DNA from: Patescibacteria group bacterium
GTDB taxonomy: Bacteria; Patescibacteriota; Patescibacteriia; UBA9934
Assembly: GCA_041666145.1 (NCBI GenBank)
Contig: JBAYHK010000001.1
Location: forward strand, 67,810 to 131,809
Length of the DNA stretch: 64,000 nucleotides
Direction: 5' to 3'
Shown: piece by piece, positions 18,887 to 29,544 of the stretch
Layout of the letters: each line of letters starts with the position of its first letter
Position numbering within the stretch: the stretch's first letter is position 1
Notes under the pieces: model-generated
What the model saw: the letters and a program-made list of their open reading frames with translations, nothing else
What the model was told of the DNA's origin: nothing
Databases searched by the model: none
Made by a program: the position numbers and the translations under genes

Positions 18887-19618
18887 ATGGCACTCCTTGA
18901 TACCTCGTCTCGCCGCGTCGGCGTTTTCATCGACGTTCAAAACATGTATTACAGCGCACGAAATATTTACGCCGCAAAAGTAAATTTCGGCGCGATTGTG
19001 CAGTCTGTCGTCGGTGATCAAAATCTTATTCGGGCAATCGCCTACACAATTTCTACCAAAACTGGAGAGGAACGTCCCTTTTTTGAAGCGTTGCAAAACA
19101 TCGGTCTTGAAGTCAAAACCAAAGAGCTCCTTGAATACGATAGTGGCCACAAAAAAGGGGACTGGGACGTTGGAATCACCATCGACGTCGTTCGTATGCT
19201 GGACATGCTCGACGTTGTTGTGATGGTTTCTGGAGATGGCGATTACTGCGCGCTTGCTGAATATGTTAAAAATCACGGCCGGATTTTCCACGTAGCCTCA
19301 TTCCGTGAATCAACATCAAGCATGCTCGTAGAGGCTGCAGACATTTACACAAACCTTTCTGCGGAACAAAAAGTCTTCCTTCTGCGCGACGTCCATCATC
19401 GAACTCCGGAACGACGCATCGGCTCAACAACAGACACCTTCGACGATGTCATTGCGGAACAATTCGCGAATAAAGCCATTCTCGTTCCAAAAGTCGAACC
19501 AAAAAAATCCCCATCCACATCAACGGCGCCAATATTCACTCATTCATTCAAGAAAGGTTCGTCAGAAACAAAACGTCGTGGTCGACCGCGAAAACAAAAC
19601 AACCAAAATCAAGGGTAA
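18887..19618 (+). CDS. NYN-domain (LabA/YacP-like) putative RNase with basic AT-hook-like C-terminal tail
   Basis: VGVFIDVQNMYYSA and VVMVSGDGDY match NYN/PIN-like nuclease patterns. C-terminus KRRGRPRKQNNQ. Inserted between rpsO and pnp. Confidence 0.7.
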   Translation: MALLDTSSRRVGVFIDVQNMYYSARNIYAAKVNFGAIVQSVVGDQNLIRAIAYTISTKTGEERPFFEALQNIGLEVKTKELLEYDSGHKKGDWDVGITIDVVRMLDMLDVVVMVSGDGDYCALAEYVKNHGRIFHVASFRESTSSMLVEAADIYTNLSAEQKVFLLRDVHHRTPERRIGSTTDTFDDVIAEQFANKAILVPKVEPKKSPSTSTAPIFTHSFKKGSSETKRRGRPRKQNNQNQG

Positions 19619-19792
19619 CGCTTGAAATGGTCGAAGGATCTCGAACGCGCCCACCGTATGAAGCGGGAGCGCTCGAGATCCTTCCTCACGTGAGGACGTC
19701 ATCTCTATTCTTTAATTCTTCCGGCATAAAACATCGAGTACTTCATCGCCAAGGCGCGATTGAGTCCTTTGGTTTTTTGCCGGCATCACAAT

Positions 19793-22000
19793 ATGACACA
19801 ACACCCAACGTTCACCGTTGACTTCGGCGGCAAGCCACTCACTATTCAGATCGGAAAGTTCGCACGCGCATCAAATGGAAGCTGCACCGTGCAGTACGGA
19901 AACACCGTTGTTCTTGCAACCGTAGTCATGAGCAAAGACATTCGTCCGGGAATGGATTTCTTTCCGCTCATGGTCGAGTTTGAAGAAAGGCTCTACGCCG
20001 CAGGACGCATTAAAGGCTCCCGCTTTATTAAGCGCGAAGGCCGTCCAACCGACGAGGCCGTTTTAAACGCACGATTTATTGATCGTGCCATTCGCCCGCT
20101 CTTTGACGAACGCATACAAAATGACATTCAAGTCATCGTCACTGTTCTTGCATTCGACGGAGAGAATGACGCAGACATTCCTGGCCTTATCGCAGCATCA
20201 TGTGCATTGCATATTTCCGACATTCCGTGGAATGGCCCAATTGCTGCCGCTCGAGTAAATAGCATCGAAGGTCAACTCATCGTAAACGGCTCATATGCAC
20301 AACGTGAACTCTCAACATTCGACGTTGACGTTGCCGGTACGCCAGAAAAACTTCTCATGATGGAAGCAAGTGCAAACCAAGTCCCAGAGGCAGAAATTCT
20401 TTCCGCTATCGAGTTTGGCCAAACACAACTTGGTGGCATTATCGACTTATTAAATAAAATTCGCGCAGAGGTCGGAAAAGAGAAGATAGACCTGTTCACA
20501 CCAAAAACTGAAGCTGCAATTGCCGCATTGGCACACAAAGACGACATCATCGCCAAAGCAAAGACGATGACACTTCCTCTCATCGATGAACTTTTCTACA
20601 GCGCACCAAAAGCATCAAAGCTAGAGCGCGCAATCGCAAAAGATGAAATGAAAAAACGGCTCATCGACGCATGTAAAATCGCTGGAATGAACGATGACGA
20701 TATTCTCATCGCGAAAGGCACGGTTCGCAACACACTCGACGAAGAAGTCTCTCGACGAATCTTGGAGGAAGGGAAGCGTGTGGACGGACGAGGACTTGAT
20801 GAGATTCGTCCGCTTCTCTCTGAAGTCGCACTCCTGCCATGCGTTCATGGAAGTGGTCATTTTATGCGCGGCGAGACACAAGTTCTCTCGGTATGCACCC
20901 TCGGCGCTCCTGGAGACAAACAAACACTCGATGGTATGGAGCTGACTGGAGAAAAACGGTTCATGCATCACTACAATTTCCCTCCATTCTCCGTTGGTGA
21001 AGCAAAACCACTTCGTGGAACAGGTCGACGGGAAATTGGTCATGGCGCACTGGCGGAAAAAGCTATCGAGCCAGTTCTTCCAGACGCAGCAACATTCCCA
21101 TACTCAATCCGCGTTGTTTCGGAAGTTCTTGGTTCGAACGGATCAAGTTCAATGGGCTCAACTTGCGGAACAAGCCTTGCGCTTATGGATGCCGGCGTTC
21201 CGATCACAGCTCCAGTTGCAGGTATCGCTATTGGTCTTGCAAGCAATGGGAAGAAATACCAAGTGATTACTGATCTTCAAGATCTTGAAGACGGCATTGG
21301 TGGAATGGATTTCAAAGTCACCGGAACCGAGGCCGGAATCACCGCGATCCAGCTCGACACAAAAACCGACGGACTTCCACGCAACGTCGTTATTGAAGCA
21401 ATAACAAAAGCGCGAATCGCGCGCGTACAGATTCTCGATGTCATGAAGTCTGCAATCGCAGCTCCACGCCCAGAACTCGCACCAAATGCGCCAAGAATTC
21501 TTAGTCTTCGCATCAATCCAGAGCGCATTCGTGACGTTATTGGCTCTGGCGGAAAAGTCATTAATGAAATCATCGCAAAGACCGGCGTTACTGCCATCGA
21601 TATCGAACAAGATGGCTTAGTGATGATCACCGCCATAAATGGCGAAAGCGGAAAAGCTGCATATGACTGGGTTTTCAATCTCACCCGAGAAGTCGTCGCA
21701 GGCGAGCTTTTCGACGGAGAAGTGGTTCGTCTTATGGACTTTGGTGCATTCGTTCAAATCCTTCCGGGAAAAGACGGCATGGTTCACGTATCTGAGCTTG
21801 CGCCGTGGAGAGTAGAAAAGGTTAGCGACGTGGTAAACGTTGGTGACAAGGTGAAGGTTAAAGTTATCGAGATCGACGAGAAGGGTCGCGTGAACCTATC
21901 AATGAAACAGGCCGAAGGAAATAACTATACCGACGAAATGCGCGCAAAGGCGGCGCAGAAACCACAAGGCGCAAAACCAGCAGCAGCTCCACGACACTAA
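19793..22000 (+). CDS. pnp: Polynucleotide phosphorylase
   Basis: Two RNase PH domains, KH and S1 domains (GEVVRLMDFGAFVQILPGKDGMVHVSEL). Typical rpsO-pnp synteny. Confidence 0.95.
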   Translation: MTQHPTFTVDFGGKPLTIQIGKFARASNGSCTVQYGNTVVLATVVMSKDIRPGMDFFPLMVEFEERLYAAGRIKGSRFIKREGRPTDEAVLNARFIDRAIRPLFDERIQNDIQVIVTVLAFDGENDADIPGLIAASCALHISDIPWNGPIAAARVNSIEGQLIVNGSYAQRELSTFDVDVAGTPEKLLMMEASANQVPEAEILSAIEFGQTQLGGIIDLLNKIRAEVGKEKIDLFTPKTEAAIAALAHKDDIIAKAKTMTLPLIDELFYSAPKASKLERAIAKDEMKKRLIDACKIAGMNDDDILIAKGTVRNTLDEEVSRRILEEGKRVDGRGLDEIRPLLSEVALLPCVHGSGHFMRGETQVLSVCTLGAPGDKQTLDGMELTGEKRFMHHYNFPPFSVGEAKPLRGTGRREIGHGALAEKAIEPVLPDAATFPYSIRVVSEVLGSNGSSSMGSTCGTSLALMDAGVPITAPVAGIAIGLASNGKKYQVITDLQDLEDGIGGMDFKVTGTEAGITAIQLDTKTDGLPRNVVIEAITKARIARVQILDVMKSAIAAPRPELAPNAPRILSLRINPERIRDVIGSGGKVINEIIAKTGVTAIDIEQDGLVMITAINGESGKAAYDWVFNLTREVVAGELFDGEVVRLMDFGAFVQILPGKDGMVHVSELAPWRVEKVSDVVNVGDKVKVKVIEIDEKGRVNLSMKQAEGNNYTDEMRAKAAQKPQGAKPAAAPRH

Positions 22001-22014
22001 ACTCAGCATTCTTT

Positions 22015-23238
22015 GTGGAACAGTTCCTTCATATCGCGCTCGCACAAGATCCCACCCGCCAAACATTCTGGCGGGTGGTTCGCGTTTTTGGTGCTATTTT
22101 CTGCGTCTGGATTGGCGTAATTGGCATATATCGCCTTCTATTCACTTGGAACGCCGTTGTTCCAATAGAACGCTCAACCCACATTCGAATCATAAAAACC
22201 GAAAAGAACATCGCAAATTCTCGAATTGTTACAAGAGGACTTGAGGTTATTCCCGGCATTCCCACGTCTATAACCGATTTTCTCAACCAAAGCTCACGAG
22301 TACTAAACATCAGCGTTGCCCATGACGGCACAGTCACCGTAATCCTCGATCGAAAAATCTCAGAAGCTGAAAGCGCTGCATTCGTCGGGTTTGGCGCGAG
22401 TGTATCAACGAGAAATAACGAAACGATTCTCACGAATGCATCGACAATTCCGGAGATTCGTCACAGCTTCTTTTCAGGTCTCGTTTCAACGCTGTTTCTC
22501 AATGACGATGGAATCATCACAACAACAGAAGGATCGTCAAATATCTCCGTCGACACAAATACAATTACCATCGATCATCTTGTTGCGCTTACTCCACCAG
22601 AGATCGACACGGTCATAACTGCAGACACGCTGTTATTCGCATCCTTCTCCCCGAAAGACATCGAGGGGCTAACAAGTAAAGTCTTTACGCAAAATACGCC
22701 AGGACTTCTTTCGCTCTTCACCGCGGCAACGCACAATGGCCTTTCCGCAATACTCCGCGGAACAACAGACTCTCTCCGTTACACATTTGCATTTCCAATA
22801 ACTGAAAACTCTCGAGAATACGTTAGCGAGATGTCACTTCGTGCTGCAGCAAAAGAACTTGTAGAAATTCCTTCCATTAACGGAATCGTCGACTATCTTA
22901 GCGACGGAAGCAGAACCATTGCACTTCGATCACGAGAAGAGGCGACTCTTGTTTTCCGAGATGAGTCACCATATCGATTCCTTACCGCTACGTCATTAAA
23001 CAACTCGGTGACTATGACAGAAACTCCTGCGTTCCTCACAATAAGCAACGACGCTTCTGCAACAAATCTCGCGACGCAACCACAGTGTCTCTCGAATGCG
23101 GTCGCATTTGTCACTCCAAAAGCACTACAAACTCTCTATCCAGAACAAATACTTTTTACTCCACAAACTTTTTTTAAGCTTTTTTCTCGCGCATCAGCCA
23201 TTGCGAGTTCGACGTCGATGACGCGCATGTGTTTATAA
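22015..23238 (+). CDS. Hypothetical membrane-anchored protein
   Basis: 407 aa. N-terminal TM (VVRVFGAIFCVWIGVIGIY). Ser/Thr-rich extracellular part. Confidence 0.5.
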   Translation: MEQFLHIALAQDPTRQTFWRVVRVFGAIFCVWIGVIGIYRLLFTWNAVVPIERSTHIRIIKTEKNIANSRIVTRGLEVIPGIPTSITDFLNQSSRVLNISVAHDGTVTVILDRKISEAESAAFVGFGASVSTRNNETILTNASTIPEIRHSFFSGLVSTLFLNDDGIITTTEGSSNISVDTNTITIDHLVALTPPEIDTVITADTLLFASFSPKDIEGLTSKVFTQNTPGLLSLFTAATHNGLSAILRGTTDSLRYTFAFPITENSREYVSEMSLRAAAKELVEIPSINGIVDYLSDGSRTIALRSREEATLVFRDESPYRFLTATSLNNSVTMTETPAFLTISNDASATNLATQPQCLSNAVAFVTPKALQTLYPEQILFTPQTFFKLFSRASAIASSTSMTRMCL

Positions 23239-23679
23239 ATAAAATGTGTATAAAGAAATCGCGTATACTAAAAGCAGCTCTTTCTACAATCCCTTTGAAT
23301 GATGAGGGGGAAATCTTCCGAAGCTTCATAAAGTTTCGGGAGGTACCTCACTGCTGTACGAGCATAAGAAGCATTGGGTGTCCGTGGTGAGACTGGAATG
23401 TACATTGCCAACCCACGCTAACCCGTTTGCTGGTAGAGCAGACAACTATGGAGAACGTCATTGCATGACGTCTGTGCGGTGTTGAGCACTGTTGATCATC
23501 CTTGTTATGATCGACCAATGCCCAACGCCCCCACAAGACCGATTCTCAATCTCCAACTCCCAAGCGGGCGTACCCAGGAATAAACTCTGCATCTTATGCA
23601 ATGTTCACAAGCCTGAAGGACGCCCTCTTGCTATTTTTACTCATCTTCTCTATCGTAAATAGATATTGTTAATAAACGT

Positions 23680-24048
23680 ATGAAAGCTGCATTCTTGAAA
23701 GAAATGGAAACCACTCTTCGAACAGAGCTTGAAAAGCTAACTGGCGAGCTTGAACGTGTTGCGCCTCAAGTCACAAAAACTGATGCTTTTGATGCAGACT
23801 ACAACACTCTCGGCGACAAAGAAGATGAGAGCGCAGACAAGGCCGCAGAGATTGGCGACAATCTTTCCTTAGAGAATGAACTTTCTTCCGCAGTTCGAGA
23901 TATTCATTCCGCACTGAAGGCAATCCAAAACGGAACATACGGAACGTGCAAATACTGCAAGCAACTCATCGATGAAGCGCGCCTAAAGGTAAGACCAACA
24001 TCAACATCGTGCGTCGCCTGTAAAAAAACTCTCACCCAAGAAATCTAG
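23680..24048 (+). CDS. DksA/TraR-family C4 zinc-finger protein
   Basis: Coiled-coil N-terminus. C-x2-C-x17-C-x2-C (CKYCKQLIDEARLKVRPTSTSCVACKK). Confidence 0.65.
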   Translation: MKAAFLKEMETTLRTELEKLTGELERVAPQVTKTDAFDADYNTLGDKEDESADKAAEIGDNLSLENELSSAVRDIHSALKAIQNGTYGTCKYCKQLIDEARLKVRPTSTSCVACKKTLTQEI

Positions 24049-24088
24049 ATTTCACCACACATCGAGCGAAGAGCTCGATGTTTGATCT

Positions 24089-24547
24089 ATGCGAAAGAGC
24101 ACTGTCGTTCTCACACTTGGTGCAATATCTACCATCGCGCTCATCGATGGCGCCTGTAAATATTTCGCGCTCACAACGTTCTCCGATGGCTCTACGCGGA
24201 ATACACAATCAGTGATCGCCTTCGTTCTGCACAAAAATCCAGGCATTACATTCGACATTCCTATTTCCATTTTTATTCTTGCTCCGATAACTTTAGCGAT
24301 TCTCTTTGTTCTTGCAAAAAAGGCTCTGGAACTCAAAAAAGAACAGCCACTCATAGCACTTTCGATCGTATCGATAATCGTTGGCGCGACAGACAACTTC
24401 ATTGACCGAATCATTCATGGATTTACTACTGATTACATCATGCTTTTTCAAACATCCATCATCAATCTCGCAGATATACTCATTCTTGTTGGGGCGATAA
24501 TTATTCTCGTGTACTATAAAAATACTCCCCAAAAGCGACCCGCCTAA
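24089..24547 (+). CDS. lspA: Lipoprotein signal peptidase (signal peptidase II)
   Basis: 4 TM helices. Conserved GATDNFIDRIIHGFTTDYIML...NLADILILVGA motifs. Confidence 0.8.
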   Translation: MRKSTVVLTLGAISTIALIDGACKYFALTTFSDGSTRNTQSVIAFVLHKNPGITFDIPISIFILAPITLAILFVLAKKALELKKEQPLIALSIVSIIVGATDNFIDRIIHGFTTDYIMLFQTSIINLADILILVGAIIILVYYKNTPQKRPA

Positions 24548-24564
24548 ATCCAAAGCTCCCCGCT

Positions 24565-26091
24565 TTGATTATGGGATCATTTTGCACACATTCAGCAGCG
24601 CTCTTTGGCTTATCCGTTACACCAGTAACCGTTGAAGCAGACATTTCTTCAGGACTACCGCGATTTCATATTGTCGGGCTTCCAGACGCTGCAGTCTCGG
24701 AAGCAAAAGAGCGCGTAAGAGCGGCATTGAAAAATTCTGGATTCAGTTTTCCGCGCACATCCGTTGTTATTAATCTCGCACCGGCAGACACCAGAAAACA
24801 AGGACCAGCATACGACCTTGCAATTGCGCTCGCGATTCTTGGAGCCCAAGGCGCGCTTCAAAACTCGGAGGCGATAGAGAAACACATCGTTCTTGGTGAG
24901 CTAAGTCTTGACGGCAGCATTCGCTCAATTCGCGGGGCGCTCCTTGCTTCTGCAATGACGAAACGCGAAGGATTTTCTGGCATCATCGTTCCGGAAGTAA
25001 ATGTCCTGGAGGCGCATCTCGTTGAACACGTGCCCGTCTTTTCCGCATCAACGCTCCATTCGCTCGTGGAATCTATCGAGTCTCGATCTTTCATCGAAGC
25101 TCCGAAGTCACATTCTGTCGCATTAGAGTCCATCGATACCGGTACTGATGACTTCTCGTTCATCGCAGGGCAAGCGCAAGCAAAGCGTGCTCTTGAAATT
25201 GCCGCGGCAGGAGGACATAACATCCTTCTTTCTGGCCCACCAGGAAGCGGAAAAACCATGCTCGCTCGAGCTTTTCGCTCCCTTCTTCCTCCTCCAACCA
25301 TCGAAGAGTCACTTGAAATTACTGCGATTCATTCTGTTGCGGGACTTTTGCCACGCACCGGTCGAATTGCAACGCGCCCCTTTAGAGCACCGCATCACAC
25401 CACAAGCGGAAGTGCACTTGTTGGCGGAGGTGCACAACCAAAGCCTGGAGAAATTTCACTCGCACATAGAGGAGTTTTATTTCTCGACGAATTTCCAGAA
25501 TTTTCTCGTGCTGTTTTAGAAAATTTACGACAACCGCTTGAAGACGGAACTATCACCGTATCGCGTGCAGCAGGAAGCGTAACGTTCCCTGCACGCTTCA
25601 TGCTCATTGGATCAATGAATCCCTGTCCATGCGGCTTTGTAAGCGACCCGGCAACCGCATGCACCTGCACACCAGGAACAATTCTTAAATATCAACAAAA
25701 AATCTCTGGCCCGCTTCTTGATCGTATTGATCTACGAGTCGACGTGCCCCGCGTCGCGTTCGACGAGCTTACTGCTTCGAAAGCTGAAGAATCATCGGCG
25801 GTAATTCGAGAACGAGTAACACGTGTTCGACTGCTTACCACTGAGCGCTATAAAGAATTCGGCATTTTTACAAACGCAGAAATCCGCACAAGCACACTCA
25901 AAAAATTCTGCATGCTCACCAACGATGGCCTTGCACTTATGAAGTCTGCCATGGATCGCATGCGACTTTCTGCGCGCTCTTACGGACGAATTCTAAAAGT
26001 TGCACGAACCATTGCTGATCTTTCACAAAACGAGATGATCCTTGCGGACCATCTCGCCGAAGCACTTCACTACAGAATTATCACAACCTAA
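24565..26091 (+). CDS. comM: YifB/ComM family Mg-chelatase-like AAA+ ATPase
   Basis: Lon-like N-domain. Walker A GPPGSGKT. LFLDEFPEF, sensor and zinc-ribbon CPCG motifs. Confidence 0.9.
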   Translation: MIMGSFCTHSAALFGLSVTPVTVEADISSGLPRFHIVGLPDAAVSEAKERVRAALKNSGFSFPRTSVVINLAPADTRKQGPAYDLAIALAILGAQGALQNSEAIEKHIVLGELSLDGSIRSIRGALLASAMTKREGFSGIIVPEVNVLEAHLVEHVPVFSASTLHSLVESIESRSFIEAPKSHSVALESIDTGTDDFSFIAGQAQAKRALEIAAAGGHNILLSGPPGSGKTMLARAFRSLLPPPTIEESLEITAIHSVAGLLPRTGRIATRPFRAPHHTTSGSALVGGGAQPKPGEISLAHRGVLFLDEFPEFSRAVLENLRQPLEDGTITVSRAAGSVTFPARFMLIGSMNPCPCGFVSDPATACTCTPGTILKYQQKISGPLLDRIDLRVDVPRVAFDELTASKAEESSAVIRERVTRVRLLTTERYKEFGIFTNAEIRTSTLKKFCMLTNDGLALMKSAMDRMRLSARSYGRILKVARTIADLSQNEMILADHLAEALHYRIITT

Positions 26092-27551
26092 CGAATGTAT
26101 TCCAATGGATTTCGATAATCACTTGAGCCATTCGGACCAATAACTTCAAAATGCAGATGTGTGCCGCTTGACCATCCTGTTGACCCACATCGCGCAATCG
26201 GTGTTCCCGCAGTAACAATCTGACCAGTGGTGACATAAAGTGAGTAATTGTGGCCGTATCGCGTCTGAAGACCATTGCCATGGTCGATAATAACCAGATT
26301 TCCGTATCCACCATTTGGGCCAGAGAACCTTGGACCAGCGAACGTCACAACACCGTCTGCTGCAGCATAATTATCGTCAGTCGATGTGCCATTTGCGTGA
26401 CCATTACAGTCAAGATCAACACCGGTGTGATACCAGCTCAGCCCCCGAACAACATAATGAGCGTCACTTGGCCAGAACATACGAGACGACGAGCTAACCG
26501 GAGCGGTTCCCGCTGTTTTTGGAGCTGGAACAAAAACATTTCGAATACTTGATGATGTCGGCTTCGCCGGAATAACTGCCGGAGGCGTCCCGCCAGGAAT
26601 CATTAACTTTTGCCCCACAACGATCGCGCTTGAGTCACTCAACAAATTCGCCGCAAGAATTGCAGATGACTCTGCGTGATACGTACTCGAAATCTTCGTA
26701 AGCGTATCTCCGCTCTTTACGGTATGTACAACTCCGGAAGTTTGAAGAATCGTTAATTCTTGTCCGAGCTTTAACACACTTCTCACCGACAAATTGTTTG
26801 CCCAGAGAACGGTGTTCACAGAAATTCCAAATCGAGAAGCAATGGTAGAGATCGTATCTCCCTCAGCAACAACGTATGTTTCAATTCCTTCACGAGGAGC
26901 AATACTTGCACTTGCGCTTGCAATAATCGGCACAGCTAAGGCGCCTCCACCAGCCAACGACGCCGAACTTGATATTGACGATGCATCATTGTCCATTGCA
27001 CCAAGCGGAACAGATAACGACGCAGAAGAAAGATAGCTCGTTGCACCGCTACGAAGCGAAGCCACGTCTGTATCTGCATATTCCTCAACAATAGGAGAGT
27101 CTTGTTGCGTAACCACCGCGTACGCAAGACTCTTATTAAACGCATCCAAAGTTTCCGCACGAACCGTATCCATGGAAAGGTTAATAACGGCAGTGCTCAT
27201 AACTACCGCAGCAATCGCAACGTGCATTACCGCACGATTCGTAAGAAAAAACATGACCCGATTTTTCGCCGGCCCATACCACGACGTCGCCTGACGACGA
27301 AACGCAAATCCAAGGCGATACACCGGAATAAAAACAACTGACATGACTACTTTCGCAATTGGCCGAAATACGACGGAGAAAAGCCGTAAAAATCGGAATG
27401 CAGACGCCTTCGCCCAAACAAGGGCGCGTACAACGAGCAATCCGCATCGCACAAAAAATTGAGAAAATTGGCTACTCACAGCAAGCGCATCATACCGTCG
27501 CCGCTCATTCAAGACAAGAAAATTTACACGTTTTTCGCAAATATTGGCCAT
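26088..27551 (-). CDS. LysM-domain M23-family murein endopeptidase
   Basis: Two LysM repeats (YVVAEGDTISTIASRFGISV..., HTVKSGDTLTKISSTY...). M23 motifs HTGVDLD and GTHLHFEV. Confidence 0.85.
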   Translation of the reverse strand: MANICEKRVNFLVLNERRRYDALAVSSQFSQFFVRCGLLVVRALVWAKASAFRFLRLFSVVFRPIAKVVMSVVFIPVYRLGFAFRRQATSWYGPAKNRVMFFLTNRAVMHVAIAAVVMSTAVINLSMDTVRAETLDAFNKSLAYAVVTQQDSPIVEEYADTDVASLRSGATSYLSSASLSVPLGAMDNDASSISSSASLAGGGALAVPIIASASASIAPREGIETYVVAEGDTISTIASRFGISVNTVLWANNLSVRSVLKLGQELTILQTSGVVHTVKSGDTLTKISSTYHAESSAILAANLLSDSSAIVVGQKLMIPGGTPPAVIPAKPTSSSIRNVFVPAPKTAGTAPVSSSSRMFWPSDAHYVVRGLSWYHTGVDLDCNGHANGTSTDDNYAAADGVVTFAGPRFSGPNGGYGNLVIIDHGNGLQTRYGHNYSLYVTTGQIVTAGTPIARCGSTGWSSGTHLHFEVIGPNGSSDYRNPLEYIR

Positions 27552-27606
27552 ATTATTGACCTTTTTTCACCAAACGCTATACTGTGCAAACTTGAATCAA
27601 CCCCCT

Positions 27607-28896
27607 ATGGCACACACCATTGAAACGACCGGCGAAAACATGGTTAAAGTCACAGTAACGGTTTCAAAAGAAAAGGTGGCGGAAGCAATGCAGGAAGCTG
27701 CAAAACATATTGCCGCAACAGTAAACATGCCAGGATTTCGTCCAGGAACTGCCACGTACGAAGTAGTAAAACAACGCGTTGGCGAAATGAAAATCCTTGA
27801 AGAGGCCGCAGAAGACCTTATTCGCGCATCCTTTGCGTCTGCAATGATCGACGAAGACCTCGACGCTGTTGGGGCACCGCATTTCAGCATGGACGTTATG
27901 GTTCCGGGCGAAGACCTCATTTACAGCGCAGAAGTTGCGCTCATGCCAAAAGTAAAAAAACTTGCAGACTATACAGCGCTCACCGTTACAAAAGAACCGA
28001 CCGAACCAACGCCAGAAACTATTGAGCAAGCAAAGGCGGACATTGCAAGAATGCAAACCAAAGAAACTCGCGCGCTTGCCGGGCACACACTGCAAAAAGG
28101 AGACAAAGCTGTTCTCAATCTCACCATGAAAAAAGGCGGAGTCGTTCTTGAAGGTGGCGAGAGCCAAAATCACGGCGTGTACACCAACGAATCTTATTAC
28201 ATCGACGGATTCGTCGAACAGATTCTTGGCCTTGCAGAAGGCGCAGAAAAAACATTCGCGCTCAAGTTTCCAGCAGATCATTATCAAAAACATCTTGCCG
28301 GCTCAGATGTCGACTTTACCGTGCGCCTCAACGAAATCTTTACTCTAGAAATTCCTTCAATCGATGATGAATTTGCAAAGCGCCTCGGACTAGACAACGT
28401 AGCAAATCTTGAAATCAAACTCAAAGAAAATCTTGCGCTCGAAAATGTCACAACAGAAAAGCGAAGACAAGAACGTGCATGTCTTGATCTTCTTGCAAGC
28501 AAATCCGAGTTCGATCAAATCCCAGACGTGCTCGTCAACCAAGAGATCGAACGAATGCTTCAAGAGCTTGAACATTCAATCGGTGAAAATGGGATGGAAT
28601 TAAAAGAATATCTGAAGTCCATCGGAAAGAGCGTTGCAGAAATAAAGCTCGACTTTACGCCAACTGCGCTTACTCGCGTAAAAATTGCTCTCCTCATTCG
28701 CGAAATCAGTAAAAAAGAAAACGTCACCATCGATGCAGCTCTAGTCGATGCCGAACTCGACAAGATTGCAGAACGCATGGGTGAAAACAAAGAATATCGT
28801 GATCGAGTTTACGAGCCAGAATATCGTGAGTTTGTAGAGTTCCAAATGCGTAACCGCGCAGTCGTCGACAAAATCATGGCAGCAATGGTGAAGTAA
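27607..28896 (+). CDS. tig: Trigger factor
   Basis: N-terminal ribosome-binding domain with GFRPG motif, FKBP-like middle domain and C-terminal arm. ORF-track start trimmed to MAHTIETTGENMVKV. Confidence 0.85.
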   Translation: MAHTIETTGENMVKVTVTVSKEKVAEAMQEAAKHIAATVNMPGFRPGTATYEVVKQRVGEMKILEEAAEDLIRASFASAMIDEDLDAVGAPHFSMDVMVPGEDLIYSAEVALMPKVKKLADYTALTVTKEPTEPTPETIEQAKADIARMQTKETRALAGHTLQKGDKAVLNLTMKKGGVVLEGGESQNHGVYTNESYYIDGFVEQILGLAEGAEKTFALKFPADHYQKHLAGSDVDFTVRLNEIFTLEIPSIDDEFAKRLGLDNVANLEIKLKENLALENVTTEKRRQERACLDLLASKSEFDQIPDVLVNQEIERMLQELEHSIGENGMELKEYLKSIGKSVAEIKLDFTPTALTRVKIALLIREISKKENVTIDAALVDAELDKIAERMGENKEYRDRVYEPEYREFVEFQMRNRAVVDKIMAAMVK

Positions 28897-28910
28897 CCCA
28901 GACATCAAAC

Positions 28911-28939
28911 GGCCCCGACTCTCGTGTAGAGTCGGGGCC
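28911..28939. terminator. Bidirectional intrinsic terminator hairpin GGCCCCGACTCtcgtgtaGAGTCGGGGCC (copy 1 of 4 near-identical copies)
   Basis: 11 bp perfect stem with 7 nt loop, followed by gtgagttt. Serves tig (+) and the convergent small gene (-). Confidence 0.8.
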
Positions 28940-28979
28940 GTGAGTTTGTCGAAACGCTTCAATGGCCTCGACAGACGTC

Positions 28980-29186
28980 CTAATTTAGAGGAGTTGTTTT
29001 AGAAACAAGACCCGCGATACCAATTTGCAGGACCAAGAGCCCGAAAACTGGCAAGGACACGGATACGCATCCAAAAGACGCGATACTAGTTGATACGTCT
29101 CTTGGATCATAGACCCAGGAGCAGAAGATAAACGCGGCTAATCCAAGAAACACTAACGCCCAAAAACCGATTCTCTTGACCGTCAC
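28980..29186 (-). CDS. Small two-TM membrane protein, cassette-array paralog 1 (68 aa)
   Basis: Start codon, basic N-terminus, two hydrophobic helices. RBS agagaggtg upstream. Paralogous to the next three ORFs. Confidence 0.6.
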   Translation of the reverse strand: MTVKRIGFWALVFLGLAAFIFCSWVYDPRDVSTSIASFGCVSVSLPVFGLLVLQIGIAGLVSKTTPLN

Positions 29187-29471
29187 TATTCACCTCTCTT
29201 TTCATTACGAAGCTTGGTGGTTGTTTTCAGATCAAGCGCATCTTCGCAGTTTGTGCTTGAACGGGGAATAATGGCACAAATTAGCCAAAAGAACAAGACG
29301 ACGATTTGGGTGAAATATTGATCAGTTCCCAGAAGATTTCATGTTTGAGCTTACCGTAAACGAGTTGGAATCTTAAGGTGCCAAATTGGTACCTCAAGTT
29401 GGGGCGGTCAACGATTGCTCATTGATGATTCAGAAAAGCCGAAAATCGGTTTCAAGAAAAGATAATCAAAC

Positions 29472-29500
29472 GGCCCCGGCTCTCGCGTAGAGTCGGGGCC
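29472..29500. terminator. Terminator hairpin copy 2 (GGCCCCGGCTCtcgcgtaGAGTCGGGGCC)
   Basis: Near-identical to copy 1, immediately 3' of the minus-strand small ORF 29545..29739. Confidence 0.75.
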
Positions 29501-29544
29501 GTGAGTTTTTTGGGCGTGCCGAAGGCCTCAATGGAAACCCTGAC

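Noticed and set aside
20272-21684. Several 100-150 aa minus-strand ORFs inside pnp
   Set aside because: Antisense to a highly conserved gene, with no motifs.
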